A DNA stretch of 64,000 nt from Berkelbacteria bacterium GW2011_GWE1_39_12 (GCA_001029735.1 CP011213.1:11709-75708); one strand, 5' to 3'; positions 9,741 through 20,494 are shown, counted from the stretch's first letter. Translations and numbers: made by a program. Notes: generated by a model from the letters alone, not told the origin.

Positions 9741-10371
9741 ACTTTTTTATATTGTTAACGCATTAATAATATTAACCGGTTTTGGAATCGGCGCTTATTA
9801 CTTTCCAAAACTACCATCGATGATTGCAAACCATTGGGGGCCACAGGGCTTAGCCGACGGCTATTCTGATAAATCATGGGGCGTCTTTTTGATGCCGATT
9901 ATTTCTACGGTACTATTTTTACTTTTATCCTTCTTGCCACACATCGATCCGAATGCAAAAAATATCCAAAAGTTTCGCGAAAAATACAATATATTTGTAA
10001 CTGTAATGATGGTATTTTTCCTCTATCTCTTTGTTTTAACTATTTCATGGAACCTAGGCAATCAGTTTAACATGGTTCAATATTTAATGCCGGCCTTTGC
10101 CGTTTTATTTTATTTTGTTGGCGATCTCGTAAAAAACGCCGAGCCAAATTTTACAATCGGTATTCGCACGCCATGGACATTAAGTAATAGTAAAGTTTGG
10201 GAAAAGACTCACGAACTTGGCGCAAAGATATACCAATGGAGTGCTCTAATTATTTTAATCGGCATATTTGTACCTGATTTTGCTATCTTTTTTATGCTGA
10301 TTCCGGTCATTTTAAGCTCGTTATTATTAGTTCTATATTCATACCTAGAGTTTAGAAAGATTAAACAATGA
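9730..10371 (+). CDS. SdpI/DUF1648 family membrane protein
   Basis: LPSMIANHWG..G.ADG and NFTIGIRTPWTLS...WEKTH. Confidence 0.88.
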   Translation: MKIKLFYIVNALIILTGFGIGAYYFPKLPSMIANHWGPQGLADGYSDKSWGVFLMPIISTVLFLLLSFLPHIDPNAKNIQKFREKYNIFVTVMMVFFLYLFVLTISWNLGNQFNMVQYLMPAFAVLFYFVGDLVKNAEPNFTIGIRTPWTLSNSKVWEKTHELGAKIYQWSALIILIGIFVPDFAIFFMLIPVILSSLLLVLYSYLEFRKIKQ

Positions 10372-10628
10372 TTATTAAAAAGAAAACTTGGCCTGATTTA
10401 TTTCAAAAAGTATTTGACGGAGAAAAAACGTTTGATATGCGTCTGGCTGATTTTGATTGCAAAGAGGGCGATGTATTAGTACTGGAAGAATGGGACCCGG
10501 AGACTCGCGAATATACTGGACGAAAACTGGAAAAGAAAGTGACTTTTGTCTTAAAAACAAAGGGTATAACATTTTGGACAAAAGAAGAGGTAGGAAAATT
10601 TGGCTATCAAATCATCAGCTTTAAATAG
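10368..10628 (+). CDS. DUF3850/ASCH-PUA-like protein
   Basis: KTWPDLFQKVFDGEKTFDMR..DF..GDVLVLEEW..YTGR. Confidence 0.8.
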   Translation: MIIKKKTWPDLFQKVFDGEKTFDMRLADFDCKEGDVLVLEEWDPETREYTGRKLEKKVTFVLKTKGITFWTKEEVGKFGYQIISFK

Positions 10629-11295
10629 CGAAAAAATAATCAAAGAACTCAAAACCTATAAAAATGAAAAGAACGTTATCGGCATGGCGCGCTTTGGCAT
10701 TGGTGGCAAAAATGTCTTAGGTGGACCTAATATTCCAACTCTTAGAAAAATGGCTAAGGATATTAAAAAGACAGTAGGAGAGAGCACTCACGAAATTGCT
10801 TTAGAACTTTGGGAATCAGGCATCCATGAAGCGAGAATTTTGGCCAGTATGATCGATGATCCTAAAAAGGTAACAGCCAAACAAATGGATAGTTGGATTA
10901 AAGATTTTGACAGCTGGGATGTCTGCGATCAAGTTTCCATGAATCTTTTCGATAGCACTACCATCGCTTTTAAAAAGGCAGCCGAGTGGTCAATGAGAAA
11001 ACCGGAATTCGAAAAACGGGCTGGATTTGCCCTGATGGCTGCTTTGGCCAATCACGACAATAAAAATAACCACAACGATGAGCTAAAAAAATTCTTACCA
11101 ATAATTCTACGAGAGGCGACGGATGAAAGAAATTTCATCCGCAAAGCGGTCAATTGGGCGCTCAGAGGAATCGGTAAAAGAAACCCAGAACTCAAAAAAG
11201 AGGCAATGAAAACTGCCGAAGAAATATTGAAGATCGATAATAAAACCGCGCAATGGATCGCCAAAGATGCGATCCGCGAACTCAAAAGCCGTTGA
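10600..11295 (+). CDS. DNA alkylation repair protein (AlkD-like HEAT-repeat glycosylase)
   Basis: LWES..HEAR, SWDVCD, DERNFIRKAVNWALRGIGK. Confidence 0.88.
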   Translation: MAIKSSALNSEKIIKELKTYKNEKNVIGMARFGIGGKNVLGGPNIPTLRKMAKDIKKTVGESTHEIALELWESGIHEARILASMIDDPKKVTAKQMDSWIKDFDSWDVCDQVSMNLFDSTTIAFKKAAEWSMRKPEFEKRAGFALMAALANHDNKNNHNDELKKFLPIILREATDERNFIRKAVNWALRGIGKRNPELKKEAMKTAEEILKIDNKTAQWIAKDAIRELKSR

Positions 11296-11350
11296 TCTAA
11301 ACCAAGAAATATGGTACTATCTGCTTAAGTCCAAGACGACGGAGGTTTTG

Positions 11351-11719
11351 ATGGAAGGGTTTTTAGGACAAGATAACGATGATGTGATGATTCAAGACGT
11401 TTGCGATGGTTCCTATCATCGCGTTCACTTTACAGCAGCGCTCAAAGTGGTCGGTAAAGATAGACCGCTACACGAGCAATTTGAGGAGCCAATCGGACAT
11501 GCCATCGATCGCGTCATACACTCGATCGACAACTATACCAGGCTAATGGTCACGCCTTTCGGTATAAAAGTTTGCTCAATGTGCACATGGCCGAGTGACG
11601 GCCAGAAAATTCGAGCCACTATAATACTCACGAGAGCAAAGAAGATGAGCACAAAAATGTGGGTTCGCCGCGGGGCGATGTTTAGCGAGTACTTCCAAAA
11701 AGAATCACAACCGGTTTAA
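11351..11719 (+). CDS. hypothetical protein (orphan)
   Basis: ggagg SD before ATG 11351; promoter-like TTGATC..TACTAT upstream; terminator aaccgg..ccggttttt downstream. Confidence 0.6.
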   Translation: MEGFLGQDNDDVMIQDVCDGSYHRVHFTAALKVVGKDRPLHEQFEEPIGHAIDRVIHSIDNYTRLMVTPFGIKVCSMCTWPSDGQKIRATIILTRAKKMSTKMWVRRGAMFSEYFQKESQPV

Positions 11720-11789
11720 TCGCCGGTTTTTTAATTGTGTATTTTTAAAGAAAAGCTTATGGTAAATTTAAGAATAATAGAGGAGAATA

Positions 11790-12299
11790 ATGCCTAAAAA
11801 GCCAATTGAATATGACGAAAAAAAATCACATTATATAGCAGCAACGGCGATTATTATGAAAAAGGGTAAATATTTAATTGCTAAGCGCGCCAGCTGGGAA
11901 AAGTCGTTTCCGAATCTTTGGACAGTTCCTGGCGGAAAACTCGAGACTAAGGATTATATTAATACTCCAAAAAGCACTAACTCTCCGCAATGGTACAATA
12001 TTATCGAGCGATTATTACAAAGGGAAGTCAGTGAGGAAGTCGGGTTGAAAATAAAAAACATTAGATATTTGTGCGATCTTGTCTTTTTGCGGCCCGACAG
12101 GATACCCGTTGTGACATTCAGTATGTATGCCGACTGGGCAGGCGGCAGAGTTGTGCTGGAGGATTCCCTGACAGATTATGCATGGGTTACCACAAAAGAA
12201 GCTAAAAAATACGAACTGATCGACGGAATTTGGGAAGAGTTGGAAATGCTTGATAAGATACTAAGCGGTAAAAAAGTTACCAAATGGCAGAAGAAATAA
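11790..12299 (+). CDS. NUDIX hydrolase
   Basis: WTVPGGKLE...LQREVSEEVGL, a Nudix box with an insertion. Confidence 0.88.
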   Translation: MPKKPIEYDEKKSHYIAATAIIMKKGKYLIAKRASWEKSFPNLWTVPGGKLETKDYINTPKSTNSPQWYNIIERLLQREVSEEVGLKIKNIRYLCDLVFLRPDRIPVVTFSMYADWAGGRVVLEDSLTDYAWVTTKEAKKYELIDGIWEELEMLDKILSGKKVTKWQKK

Positions 12300-12319
12300 A
12301 AAAGCTGAAACATCTAGCT

Positions 12320-12931
12320 TCAGCTTAACTCGAAATAGGCAAGAACATCCTGCCATGATGGTGTTCTCGTAATAATACCCTCATACTCTTTGGGTATTTT
12401 TTGACGATTCCACGGATAATCACCGAACAGTAAGACTTGAACTCCGGCTTTAGCGCAGTCAATTGCGTATTCCAGGCTATCGTCAATAATGTGGCTTACA
12501 CCCAATCGAAGGCAAGCCTCCGATTTTGAGATGGCATCGTCACCGATGCAATGATTGCAGAAAACCGTCTGAAATTTCCGATCGGGCAGAAACTTATCCA
12601 GATAACGAATCGAAAGATCTTGTACGGCGTATTGTCTACCTGTTATCATAGCCTGGTTGGGAAAAAGAACGCGAAGCTTATCCAGTGCTTCAACGGCACC
12701 GATAATAGGAGGAAACTCAAGTCCCACGAGCCTAAGAAATTCGTGCATGCGCTTTATCTTTTCTTTTCGTGTCACGCCTAACACTTCTTCAAAATTGAAA
12801 TAGTCAGTGACTTGTGCCAATTGTATTTTTGTACCGAAAACGCAATTCTGATAAGCGATAAACGCCGAGACAAAGGGGAATATAACATCATCGATATCTG
12901 TTGCCAACACGGATCCGGATTTGAGTATCAA
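12320..12931 (-). CDS. HAD-superfamily 5'(3')-deoxyribonucleotidase-like phosphatase
   Basis: DIDDV motif I, ITGR motif II, K..IIDDS, YPWN; SD aggaggt. Confidence 0.82.
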   Translation of the reverse strand: MILKSGSVLATDIDDVIFPFVSAFIAYQNCVFGTKIQLAQVTDYFNFEEVLGVTRKEKIKRMHEFLRLVGLEFPPIIGAVEALDKLRVLFPNQAMITGRQYAVQDLSIRYLDKFLPDRKFQTVFCNHCIGDDAISKSEACLRLGVSHIIDDSLEYAIDCAKAGVQVLLFGDYPWNRQKIPKEYEGIITRTPSWQDVLAYFELS

Positions 12932-13071
12932 AGTGCTTCACCTCCTGTGAGATTGATTTAATTTATCACATTTTTCTCTTCATAACAAATGAAGTTAACT
13001 CTTGTTGACCTATATCTTGTTTTACCCTACAATCTAGATATAGAATAGACTTGAAACAAAAGAGGTAAATA

Positions 13072-14145
13072 ATGCGAAACAATTTTTATATCGTAATTGT
13101 TGCAGGCGGTTCTGGCACAAGACTTTGGCCGGTTTCGCGCGAAAACAGTCCGAAACAATTTCACAAACTAACTTCTGATAAGTCTTTATTGGAAGAAACC
13201 TATGATCGAATTAAAGATCTCACCGAATCCGAAAATATTTATATTTCTTTAGGGGCTAATGCCGCTCTTCAAACTAAAGCTCAATTGAAAGAAATCCCGG
13301 AAGCAAATTATATAATCGAGCCAGAAGGCAAGAATACTGCTCCAGCCATTGCATTAATCAGCGCCAAGATATTTAAAAAAGACCCCCAAGCAATTATCGC
13401 AACAATTGCGGCTGATCATACAGTTAAAAATAATTCTAACTATACGGAGACTTTGAAAAGTGCCGCCCATTTTGTCGATAAAAATCCTGAATATTTAGTA
13501 ACAATTGGAATTCAGCCTGACAGCGCTCACACCGGTTATGGATATGTCAAAATTGGCAGAAAGCTTGACAATGAAAAAGCACATGAGGTAGAGGAGTTTG
13601 TTGAAAAACCAAATCTAGAAACAGCACAAAAATATTTTGACTCAGGAAAATATCTTTGGAATGCCGGTTATTTTATTTTTAGAGCCGACAAAATGATTGA
13701 AATGTTTGAAAATTATGCACCAGAAATATATTCTGGCTTAAGAGCAATATTAAAAGCGATTGGCACAGAAGATGAAAAAGAGATAATTGAAAAAGCCTTT
13801 AAGGAATTTCCAAAAGTCCCGATTGACACAGCAATTGCCGAAAAAGTTGAGAAAATCGCTGTTATTCCCGCCGATTTAGGCTGGTCAGATATCGGCAGCT
13901 GGTCAAGTGTTTTTGATCTTTTGGACAAAGAAGATGGTAATGTTCACAGAGGACACCACGTCGGTATAGACGATAAGAATTGTCTTTTTTTCGCCCAAGA
14001 TAAATTACTGGCAACTGTCGGGTTAGAGGATATAGTAGTAGTTGATACGCCGGACGTGACTTTGATCTGCAAAAAAGATAAAGCACAAGAAGTTAAAAAA
14101 TTAATAGAGAAATTGAAAGAACAAGGTAAACATAAATATTTGTAA
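13072..14145 (+). CDS. manC: mannose-1-phosphate guanylyltransferase
   Basis: AGGSGTRLWPVSR..PKQF, EPEGKNTAPA, FVEKP, WNAG, GWSDIGSW. Confidence 0.92.
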   Translation: MRNNFYIVIVAGGSGTRLWPVSRENSPKQFHKLTSDKSLLEETYDRIKDLTESENIYISLGANAALQTKAQLKEIPEANYIIEPEGKNTAPAIALISAKIFKKDPQAIIATIAADHTVKNNSNYTETLKSAAHFVDKNPEYLVTIGIQPDSAHTGYGYVKIGRKLDNEKAHEVEEFVEKPNLETAQKYFDSGKYLWNAGYFIFRADKMIEMFENYAPEIYSGLRAILKAIGTEDEKEIIEKAFKEFPKVPIDTAIAEKVEKIAVIPADLGWSDIGSWSSVFDLLDKEDGNVHRGHHVGIDDKNCLFFAQDKLLATVGLEDIVVVDTPDVTLICKKDKAQEVKKLIEKLKEQGKHKYL

Positions 14146-14160
14146 AAAATAGGAGTTATT

Positions 14161-15414
14161 TTGCGACGTAACCTTTGGATTTTTTTCTTTTGTATTATTG
14201 TGGTAACTGCATTAGCAGGCTTAATTGATTGGCCAAAAGGGCCAAATTTCTTCGGTAAAGAAATAAAAGTTCATGAAGGCTTGGACTTACAGGGCGGTAC
14301 ACATTTAGTTTATGAATTGGATACTTCAAAATACGGCGGCAAAGACACTGGTTCAGCTGAACAGGCAGTAATTAACGTTATCGATAAACGTGTTAACAGT
14401 CTTGGCGTTTCAGAACCAGTCATTCAATCGTCAAGTATGGGCGGGAGACCAACTGTTATTGTTGAATTGCCGGGCATTTCAGATGTTAACGAAGCGATCA
14501 ATTTAATTGGTAAAACCGCTCAACTAAAATTTCAAGAAACCGATCCAGATGATCCAACAAAATTAAAAGATACTGATTTGACCGGCGCCAACTTAAAAAG
14601 AGCTCAGGTTGAATTCGATCAAACATCCGGCGAACCTCAAGTTTCATTGCAATTTGACAGTGAAGGATCAAAAAAATTTGCTGAAATTACAAAGAGGAAT
14701 TTAAATAAACCTGTCGCCATTTCACTTGATGATCAAATTATCTCTGCGCCGACGGTCGAATCTGTGATTGAAAGCGGTCAGGCAGTGATCAATGGCGAGT
14801 TCACCGTCAATGAAGCAAAAGATTTAACAGTTCAGTTAAACGCCGGGGCTTTACCAGTTCCGATCAAATTAGTAGAGCAAAGAAACATTGGTGCCACTTT
14901 AGGCAATGAATCGGTGAAAAAAAGTTTAGTTGCCGGCTTAGTTGGCTTGATTTTAGTCGGCATTTTCATGATCATTTATTACAGACTACCTGGAGTTTTA
15001 GCTGTTTTCGCCTTAGCAATTTATACATTAATTTCCTTGGCATTATTTAAAACTATTCCTGTCACATTAACGCTGGCTGGTATAACAGGTTTTATTTTAT
15101 CTGTGGGTATGGCAGTTGATGCTAACATTTTAATTTTTGAAAGAACAAAAGAAGAGTTAAACCAGGGTAAATCCGTTGGCGCTGCTTTAGAAGAAGGTTT
15201 TAAACGTGCCTGGTCTTCCATCCGAGATTCTAATTTTTCATCACTTATAACAGCCGCTATCCTTTATTACGGCACTTCGGGAATAATCCGCGGGTTTGCC
15301 GTTACATTGGCCATCGGTATCTTAGTTTCAATGTTCACAGCTATCACGGTCAGCCGAACATTCTTACGACTTTTCGTGGGTACAAAATATGAAAAACTTC
15401 TCACGATCAAATAA
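14161..15414 (+). CDS. secD: protein translocase subunit SecD
   Basis: GLDLQGG, LGVSEP, LNAGALP, GMAVDANILIFER. Confidence 0.97.
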   Translation: MRRNLWIFFFCIIVVTALAGLIDWPKGPNFFGKEIKVHEGLDLQGGTHLVYELDTSKYGGKDTGSAEQAVINVIDKRVNSLGVSEPVIQSSSMGGRPTVIVELPGISDVNEAINLIGKTAQLKFQETDPDDPTKLKDTDLTGANLKRAQVEFDQTSGEPQVSLQFDSEGSKKFAEITKRNLNKPVAISLDDQIISAPTVESVIESGQAVINGEFTVNEAKDLTVQLNAGALPVPIKLVEQRNIGATLGNESVKKSLVAGLVGLILVGIFMIIYYRLPGVLAVFALAIYTLISLALFKTIPVTLTLAGITGFILSVGMAVDANILIFERTKEELNQGKSVGAALEEGFKRAWSSIRDSNFSSLITAAILYYGTSGIIRGFAVTLAIGILVSMFTAITVSRTFLRLFVGTKYEKLLTIK

Positions 15415-15469
15415 TGTAGAAGTCTTGTATTTTTAAAATATCTAACATAAAAAATAATCAGGAGTTAAA

Positions 15470-16375
15470 GTGAATATTATTGGAAGAAGAAAAATTTGGT
15501 ATATTGTTTCAACAGTCTTAATTGCGCCTGGGATCATAGCCTTAATTTTATGGGGCCTTAAATTCGGCATTGATTTTAAAGGCGGCGCATTAATCCAAGT
15601 GCAATATAGCCAATCTAAACCAGTTGACGAGGTTAAAAATTCACTCAAAGATCTTGGTTTAAATAATCTTATTGTCACCACAACTTCGGATAACGGCTTT
15701 ATTATCAGAACCGAGACCCTTACTCAAGAGCAATACAACAAAATATCCGATCAACTCAAGAAAGTAGGGGAGTACAAAGAAACCAGTTACGAATCTGTTG
15801 GTCCGACAGTAAGCTCAGATATAGAGAAAAAGGCAATTATCTCGGTTATCTTAGCTTCATTGGCGATCATCCTTTTTGTTGCTTACACATTTCGTCGCGT
15901 TCCAAAACCAGCCAGTTCATGGCGTTTTGGCATTTGTGCAGTTTTAGCGCTTATCCATGATTTAGCCTTTGTTATTGGTTTATTTGCCATCTTAGGACAT
16001 TTCCTTGGTTACGAGATCGATTCCCTGTTCATTACTGCCCTACTCACCATTATGGGTTTCTCGGTTCACGATACTATTGTTGTTTTCGACCGAATTAGAG
16101 AGAACTTAAGGAAGCATCCATCAGAGAATTTTGAAAAAAATGTCAACAACAGTATCATTCAAACCCTTAATCGATCATTAAATACTTCATTAACCGTCTT
16201 AATCGTCCTAGCGGCGTTATTTTTCTTAGGCGGGGTAACTTTACACCACTTTGTGTTAGCGCTGCTTGCGGGTATTGCAATCGGCACGTATTCATCTATT
16301 TTTAATGCATCCGCTATGTTGGTTAGTTGGCAAGGATGGTCTATGCGTCGGCTTGCTAAAGAAAAAGTGACCTAG
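15470..16375 (+). CDS. secF: protein translocase subunit SecF
   Basis: GIDFKGG, VGPTVS, GFSVHDTIVVFDRIREN, GTYSSIF. Confidence 0.97.
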   Translation: MNIIGRRKIWYIVSTVLIAPGIIALILWGLKFGIDFKGGALIQVQYSQSKPVDEVKNSLKDLGLNNLIVTTTSDNGFIIRTETLTQEQYNKISDQLKKVGEYKETSYESVGPTVSSDIEKKAIISVILASLAIILFVAYTFRRVPKPASSWRFGICAVLALIHDLAFVIGLFAILGHFLGYEIDSLFITALLTIMGFSVHDTIVVFDRIRENLRKHPSENFEKNVNNSIIQTLNRSLNTSLTVLIVLAALFFLGGVTLHHFVLALLAGIAIGTYSSIFNASAMLVSWQGWSMRRLAKEKVT

Positions 16376-16659
16376 GCCCTTGTAGAGGCTTAAGTAACAG
16401 GTTCAAATATAGTAGCCGAGCGCGTGCTCGTCGCGGAAATTTCTGACAAAATTATAGCACTAAACTGGCTTTTTAATAGTTAACGGCCGTTATTTTAGTT
16501 AAAATAGAAAACGATAAGTATACTACTGATAAAGAATAGGGAAGACTCGGTTTAAAAAAAGAGTACAAGCCAATCAGCGGTTATTTATATGGTATAAGAG
16601 ATATGTAGGTAGTTAGCTACAAGATAGAGATCTAAGCGCAACAGGTTAGAATACTAAAA

Positions 16660-16695
16660 TATTGCGTCGCAGAATGTTTCTTTTACGACGCAATA
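16660..16695. repeat. 10-bp perfect inverted repeat (hairpin)
   Basis: tattgcgtcg (16660-69) ... cgacgcaata (16686-95). Confidence 0.7.
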
Positions 16696-16892
16696 GACCG
16701 TAAGGTTAAGTATATGGTTAAATTCGTTAAATAAGAGTTCTTGAAACAATAGGTATATTAGATGCCAATTTTTTCAAAATTGCACTTCCCTTTTTTCGAA
16801 GCCAGGTTTTATAAAAATATTAAATCCCCTCAAAATCTTTGAAAAAGTGCGAATTGCATTAATTTCTCGCCCTCTCCCCCGCGGGAGTAGAA

Positions 16893-16920
16893 AATTAACA
16901 GGTATGCGAACCTGTTAATT
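16893..16920. other. candidate dif-like recombination site (11-6-11 perfect palindrome)
   Basis: AATTAACAGGT-ATGCGA-ACCTGTTAATT, located where gene orientation switches from + to -. Confidence 0.45.
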
Positions 16921-16991
16921 TAGTAGATACATTTGTCTTTATTGAGTAAAAAGGCGTTTTAAACCTGTTACGTACCTGTAAAAATTAAGAT

Positions 16992-19979
16992 TTAATTATC
17001 TTCTATCTTAATGACCTGACCATCTTCCAATTGATTGGCTTTGCCGCCGCTGACATGACGCCATAGCATTTCTTTATCACTCTCCAAATCATCTGTCTTC
17101 TCTGGCTCTAATGTTGCTACTGGTGCCACAAACATCACTGGCTTTTCTATAATGATTTTGTCTTCTTTTTTTTCTATAGACTCTAGATTATTTTTTTCAA
17201 TTTGGTTTATTTTTTGTACGATCGCTCCCCCATCTTGAGCCTTTGGCGGCAACGGAACGCTGTCTAACTTCTTTTCCGGCTCTAACGCGGCTAACCTTTG
17301 TTTTTGCCAGTCAGCCAGTTCTTCTTTTTCAACTGCTCTTTTTTCCATAAACTCAGCTGCTTTTTCTTCAGTTTTTTGAATTTTTTCTTGCACAGTTTCT
17401 TCGGTTAAAGGCTGATCTGTTGTTCCGCCACCCATATACCACCGTACGTCGCCAGGTGTTTGGATCTCACGGTAATATGTCTCCCCTATTTTTGGTGGAA
17501 TTTTTGGCACTAATTTTTTCTCTGCCTTAGTTAAAATTTCTTCCACTTTTGGCATAGCAGAAATTTCACCTATTTGAGCCTCAACATACTCACGGCTTCT
17601 TGAATAAAGCTTGCGAGACGATTCTAAGATTTTATCCTTGTTTTCGAACTTCCTTGCTGCGCGTGGTAATGTTACCGCCGAAAAGGCAGGACAGGTCACA
17701 CCGTCAATGCTCATTTTGACGTAAACGTGATAGTTATCAAGGTTAACTAAATCATTTGCCTCAAAGACCGGTTCAAATTCTTTGGTTAAAACTTCAGCGT
17801 CAGGCGAGCCGACTCTGAAACTCACAATCGTACCAACGTTACCTATAACCGCATCTCTAACAGGCTCAAGCATTTGAGCGATATACTGGTGAGTCATAAT
17901 AAGGTTTAAGTGATACTTTCTGGCTTCAGAAAGAATAACGGCAAAAGATTCCGTCGCAAAATTTTGAAACTCATCAACGTATAAATAAAAATCCCGTCGG
18001 TCTTCTTCTTTTACGGTTGCACGTTGCATAGCTGCAAGTTGTATTTTAGTAATCATCAGTGACCCTAAAAGTTGTGAAGCATCTTCCCCTATCTCACCAA
18101 TTGAAAGATTAACTAGAAAGATCTTTCCTGAATCCATGATCTCTTTGATATCAATAGTAGATTTTGGCTGTCCAATAATATTCCTTATAGTTGAAGACGA
18201 TAAAAATTGCCCTACCTTGTTTTGAATAGGTGCAATAGCTTCAGTCCTAAACTTTGGTTCGTATTGTTCATATTCGTTCACAAAGAAATCTTTAATAACA
18301 GGATCAGTAATAGAAGAAACAACCTTATCCCGAAAAGGTTTATCAACTAACATTCTGGTCACGCCCAACATGGTTGCATTCGGATAATCTAATAGAGCCA
18401 AAATAGTGTTTCTTAAAATGTACTCTAATCGAGGTCCCCAACTTTCGCCAAAAATCTTTTTGAAAATCCCAACCACACCAGAAGCAACAATGTTTTTTAA
18501 GTCAGGATCAACATTTTCCAAAGGGTTAAATGCCACTGGAAACATCTTGTCGGCTGGAGAAAAAATAACCACATCTTTGATTCGTTCCTCTGGAATATAT
18601 TCCATGACATGATTAATAAGATCCCCATGAGGGTCAACCACGGCGATTCCGCGGCCTTCTCGAATATCATCAATGGCCATATTTTCCAGTAAGGTGGATT
18701 TACCAGTACCAGTCTTTCCAATAACATAAGTATGATAACGACGATCAGGTAATTTAATACCAAACTTATGTTGGACATGTCTGAAATCAGTCTTGGCAAA
18801 AATTGTTAGCTCTTCTTCTGGAACATTATCTTCAATTGGAAGATTCGCCGGTGGTTCGCCTTTTTTACTACCAGCCCATACTATATTAGGAGTCTCCACT
18901 GAAACTGACGGCAAATGATAAATTGAGGCAAGCTCTTCGATATTTAAAATATATCCGTTATCAATGAATGTTCTTTGATGGTATAGATGCCAATAGTTAA
19001 TTGACGTATCAACCAAGCTTGCTTGAAAACCGTTTAAGTTCAAAACATTAAATTGTTTGAAAGCGCCAACAACTGAATCAACCTTGCTCCTAGCAATGTT
19101 TTCATGAGGCGCAAGAGCCAATAATCGGATTTTAGTTTCAAACCCAAGCTTTGTTGATTTAGTTTCCACGCCTTTTAGCGCTGCCTCGGCATTACCAGAT
19201 AATACCACTTCTTTCTTGCCACCGTCTTCGGTGACTCTGCCAGATGCAGGTGTAGCACCAGTAACTATGGTCGTAATTAGTGAAGTAAGCCCTCGCCAAA
19301 TCATTCCAAATATTTCACCAAAAACATCGGTACCTTTACCGCTTTTGATTTTTTTAATATGTGCTTCACTTTTTGTTTGCCATGAATCAGACACTGGCTT
19401 ACTAATAATTTGTAACCAAACTTGTTCATCTTTTTCTACTTTACTCATCACACCAGTGATACTAGAAAGTGGATCAACTTCAAAGTTAAGAAAAGTTTTT
19501 ATTGGATAGACTTCATTGTTCACAAGGTTAATATCGGCACCACAAATCTTAACATCACCATTTTTAATTCTTTCAAACTCGTCCATGGTATAGTCATCTA
19601 CTTCTGCCAGTTCTGCCGTAGGATATTGAGCATAAATTTGTCCCTGAACAAAATCTGATAGATGCGTTGGTGTAATGACATAAAATTGGAGATATTTATC
19701 ACGTGAAGCAATTTCAAAACTGATGTATTCTTGATACGGATGTTCGGCTTTAAAAATTCCGTGAAGAGCGGCAAACATTTGTTCTGCAGCAAGCGGAGAT
19801 TTTTCGTTGTTTTTAGGGACTAAAATTCTTAGCGTTATAAAACGCATTCTGGAAAACCACTCCACTTTTTTGGCCTCGAGATTTCTTTTGTATATATTAG
19901 CAATAATAACAACAGGTATACCTAAAAATATAACCAAAAAGAAACCTTTAATTAAAAATGAAACTAAACTGTCAAACAT
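16992..19979 (-). CDS. membrane-anchored VirB4/TraD/HerA-like ATPase (CPR type) with charged C-terminal extension
   Basis: N-terminal TM, GKTGTGKS, VVDPHGDL, LYVDEFQNF, SEARKY; ATG 19979 overlaps the upstream TAA. Confidence 0.85.
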   Translation of the reverse strand: MFDSLVSFLIKGFFLVIFLGIPVVIIANIYKRNLEAKKVEWFSRMRFITLRILVPKNNEKSPLAAEQMFAALHGIFKAEHPYQEYISFEIASRDKYLQFYVITPTHLSDFVQGQIYAQYPTAELAEVDDYTMDEFERIKNGDVKICGADINLVNNEVYPIKTFLNFEVDPLSSITGVMSKVEKDEQVWLQIISKPVSDSWQTKSEAHIKKIKSGKGTDVFGEIFGMIWRGLTSLITTIVTGATPASGRVTEDGGKKEVVLSGNAEAALKGVETKSTKLGFETKIRLLALAPHENIARSKVDSVVGAFKQFNVLNLNGFQASLVDTSINYWHLYHQRTFIDNGYILNIEELASIYHLPSVSVETPNIVWAGSKKGEPPANLPIEDNVPEEELTIFAKTDFRHVQHKFGIKLPDRRYHTYVIGKTGTGKSTLLENMAIDDIREGRGIAVVDPHGDLINHVMEYIPEERIKDVVIFSPADKMFPVAFNPLENVDPDLKNIVASGVVGIFKKIFGESWGPRLEYILRNTILALLDYPNATMLGVTRMLVDKPFRDKVVSSITDPVIKDFFVNEYEQYEPKFRTEAIAPIQNKVGQFLSSSTIRNIIGQPKSTIDIKEIMDSGKIFLVNLSIGEIGEDASQLLGSLMITKIQLAAMQRATVKEEDRRDFYLYVDEFQNFATESFAVILSEARKYHLNLIMTHQYIAQMLEPVRDAVIGNVGTIVSFRVGSPDAEVLTKEFEPVFEANDLVNLDNYHVYVKMSIDGVTCPAFSAVTLPRAARKFENKDKILESSRKLYSRSREYVEAQIGEISAMPKVEEILTKAEKKLVPKIPPKIGETYYREIQTPGDVRWYMGGGTTDQPLTEETVQEKIQKTEEKAAEFMEKRAVEKEELADWQKQRLAALEPEKKLDSVPLPPKAQDGGAIVQKINQIEKNNLESIEKKEDKIIIEKPVMFVAPVATLEPEKTDDLESDKEMLWRHVSGGKANQLEDGQVIKIEDN

Positions 19980-20494
19980 TAATGATCTTTCTCGATTATG
20001 TTTTCGATCGCTGCCCAATTACTTTCACCTGTTTTGGGCAAAATGACCGTAATCTTGTCATCCGGCTTAGCCTTGAAATAAGAAACTGAAGCCTGCAAAA
20101 CGTTATATTTTTTACCGTCACAAGTCGCGATCCAATTCTCATCGTTCTGAGTTAATTTACCAATAATTCTTTTTCTTTCAACAGGACCTATTTGTTTAAA
20201 AATAAATGTTCCGTCAGGAGCAATGGTAAGTTTCAAGTTGTCACCGCAAACTAATTTTGACTTAGATGAATAATTGACTGGTACTGGATATTTCTTGCCA
20301 TATTTATCGATCATTTCCTCACCATCAAAAACACCTTCGATGATAGTAGCTTTACCAGTATCGTTTAAATTTAAACTTTCGGCTTGCTCTTGGTAAACTT
20401 GTTCAAACAAAATTCTTTTAGCGGCGTTAATCTTTTCTTCCGCTCCATCAAGTAACTTTCTGATTTCAGTTAACTTTTTGTCATCCTTGTCCAT
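19979..20494 (-). CDS. conserved CPR hypothetical protein
   Basis: IIEGVFDGEEMI..YPVPVNYSSKSKLV.GD.LKLTI motif; translationally coupled to the downstream ATPase. Confidence 0.75.
   Translation of the reverse strand: MDKDDKKLTEIRKLLDGAEEKINAAKRILFEQVYQEQAESLNLNDTGKATIIEGVFDGEEMIDKYGKKYPVPVNYSSKSKLVCGDNLKLTIAPDGTFIFKQIGPVERKRIIGKLTQNDENWIATCDGKKYNVLQASVSYFKAKPDDKITVILPKTGESNWAAIENIIEKDH

Noticed and set aside
16697-16770. Other dif-like candidates (tatggttaaat; aacaataggtatattagatg)
   Set aside because: Only one arm resembles a Xer site and symmetry is poor, far weaker than 16893-16920.
16376-16991. Replication origin
   Set aside because: No dnaA/dnaN nearby, no canonical TTATCCACA boxes seen, and genes converge rather than diverge.
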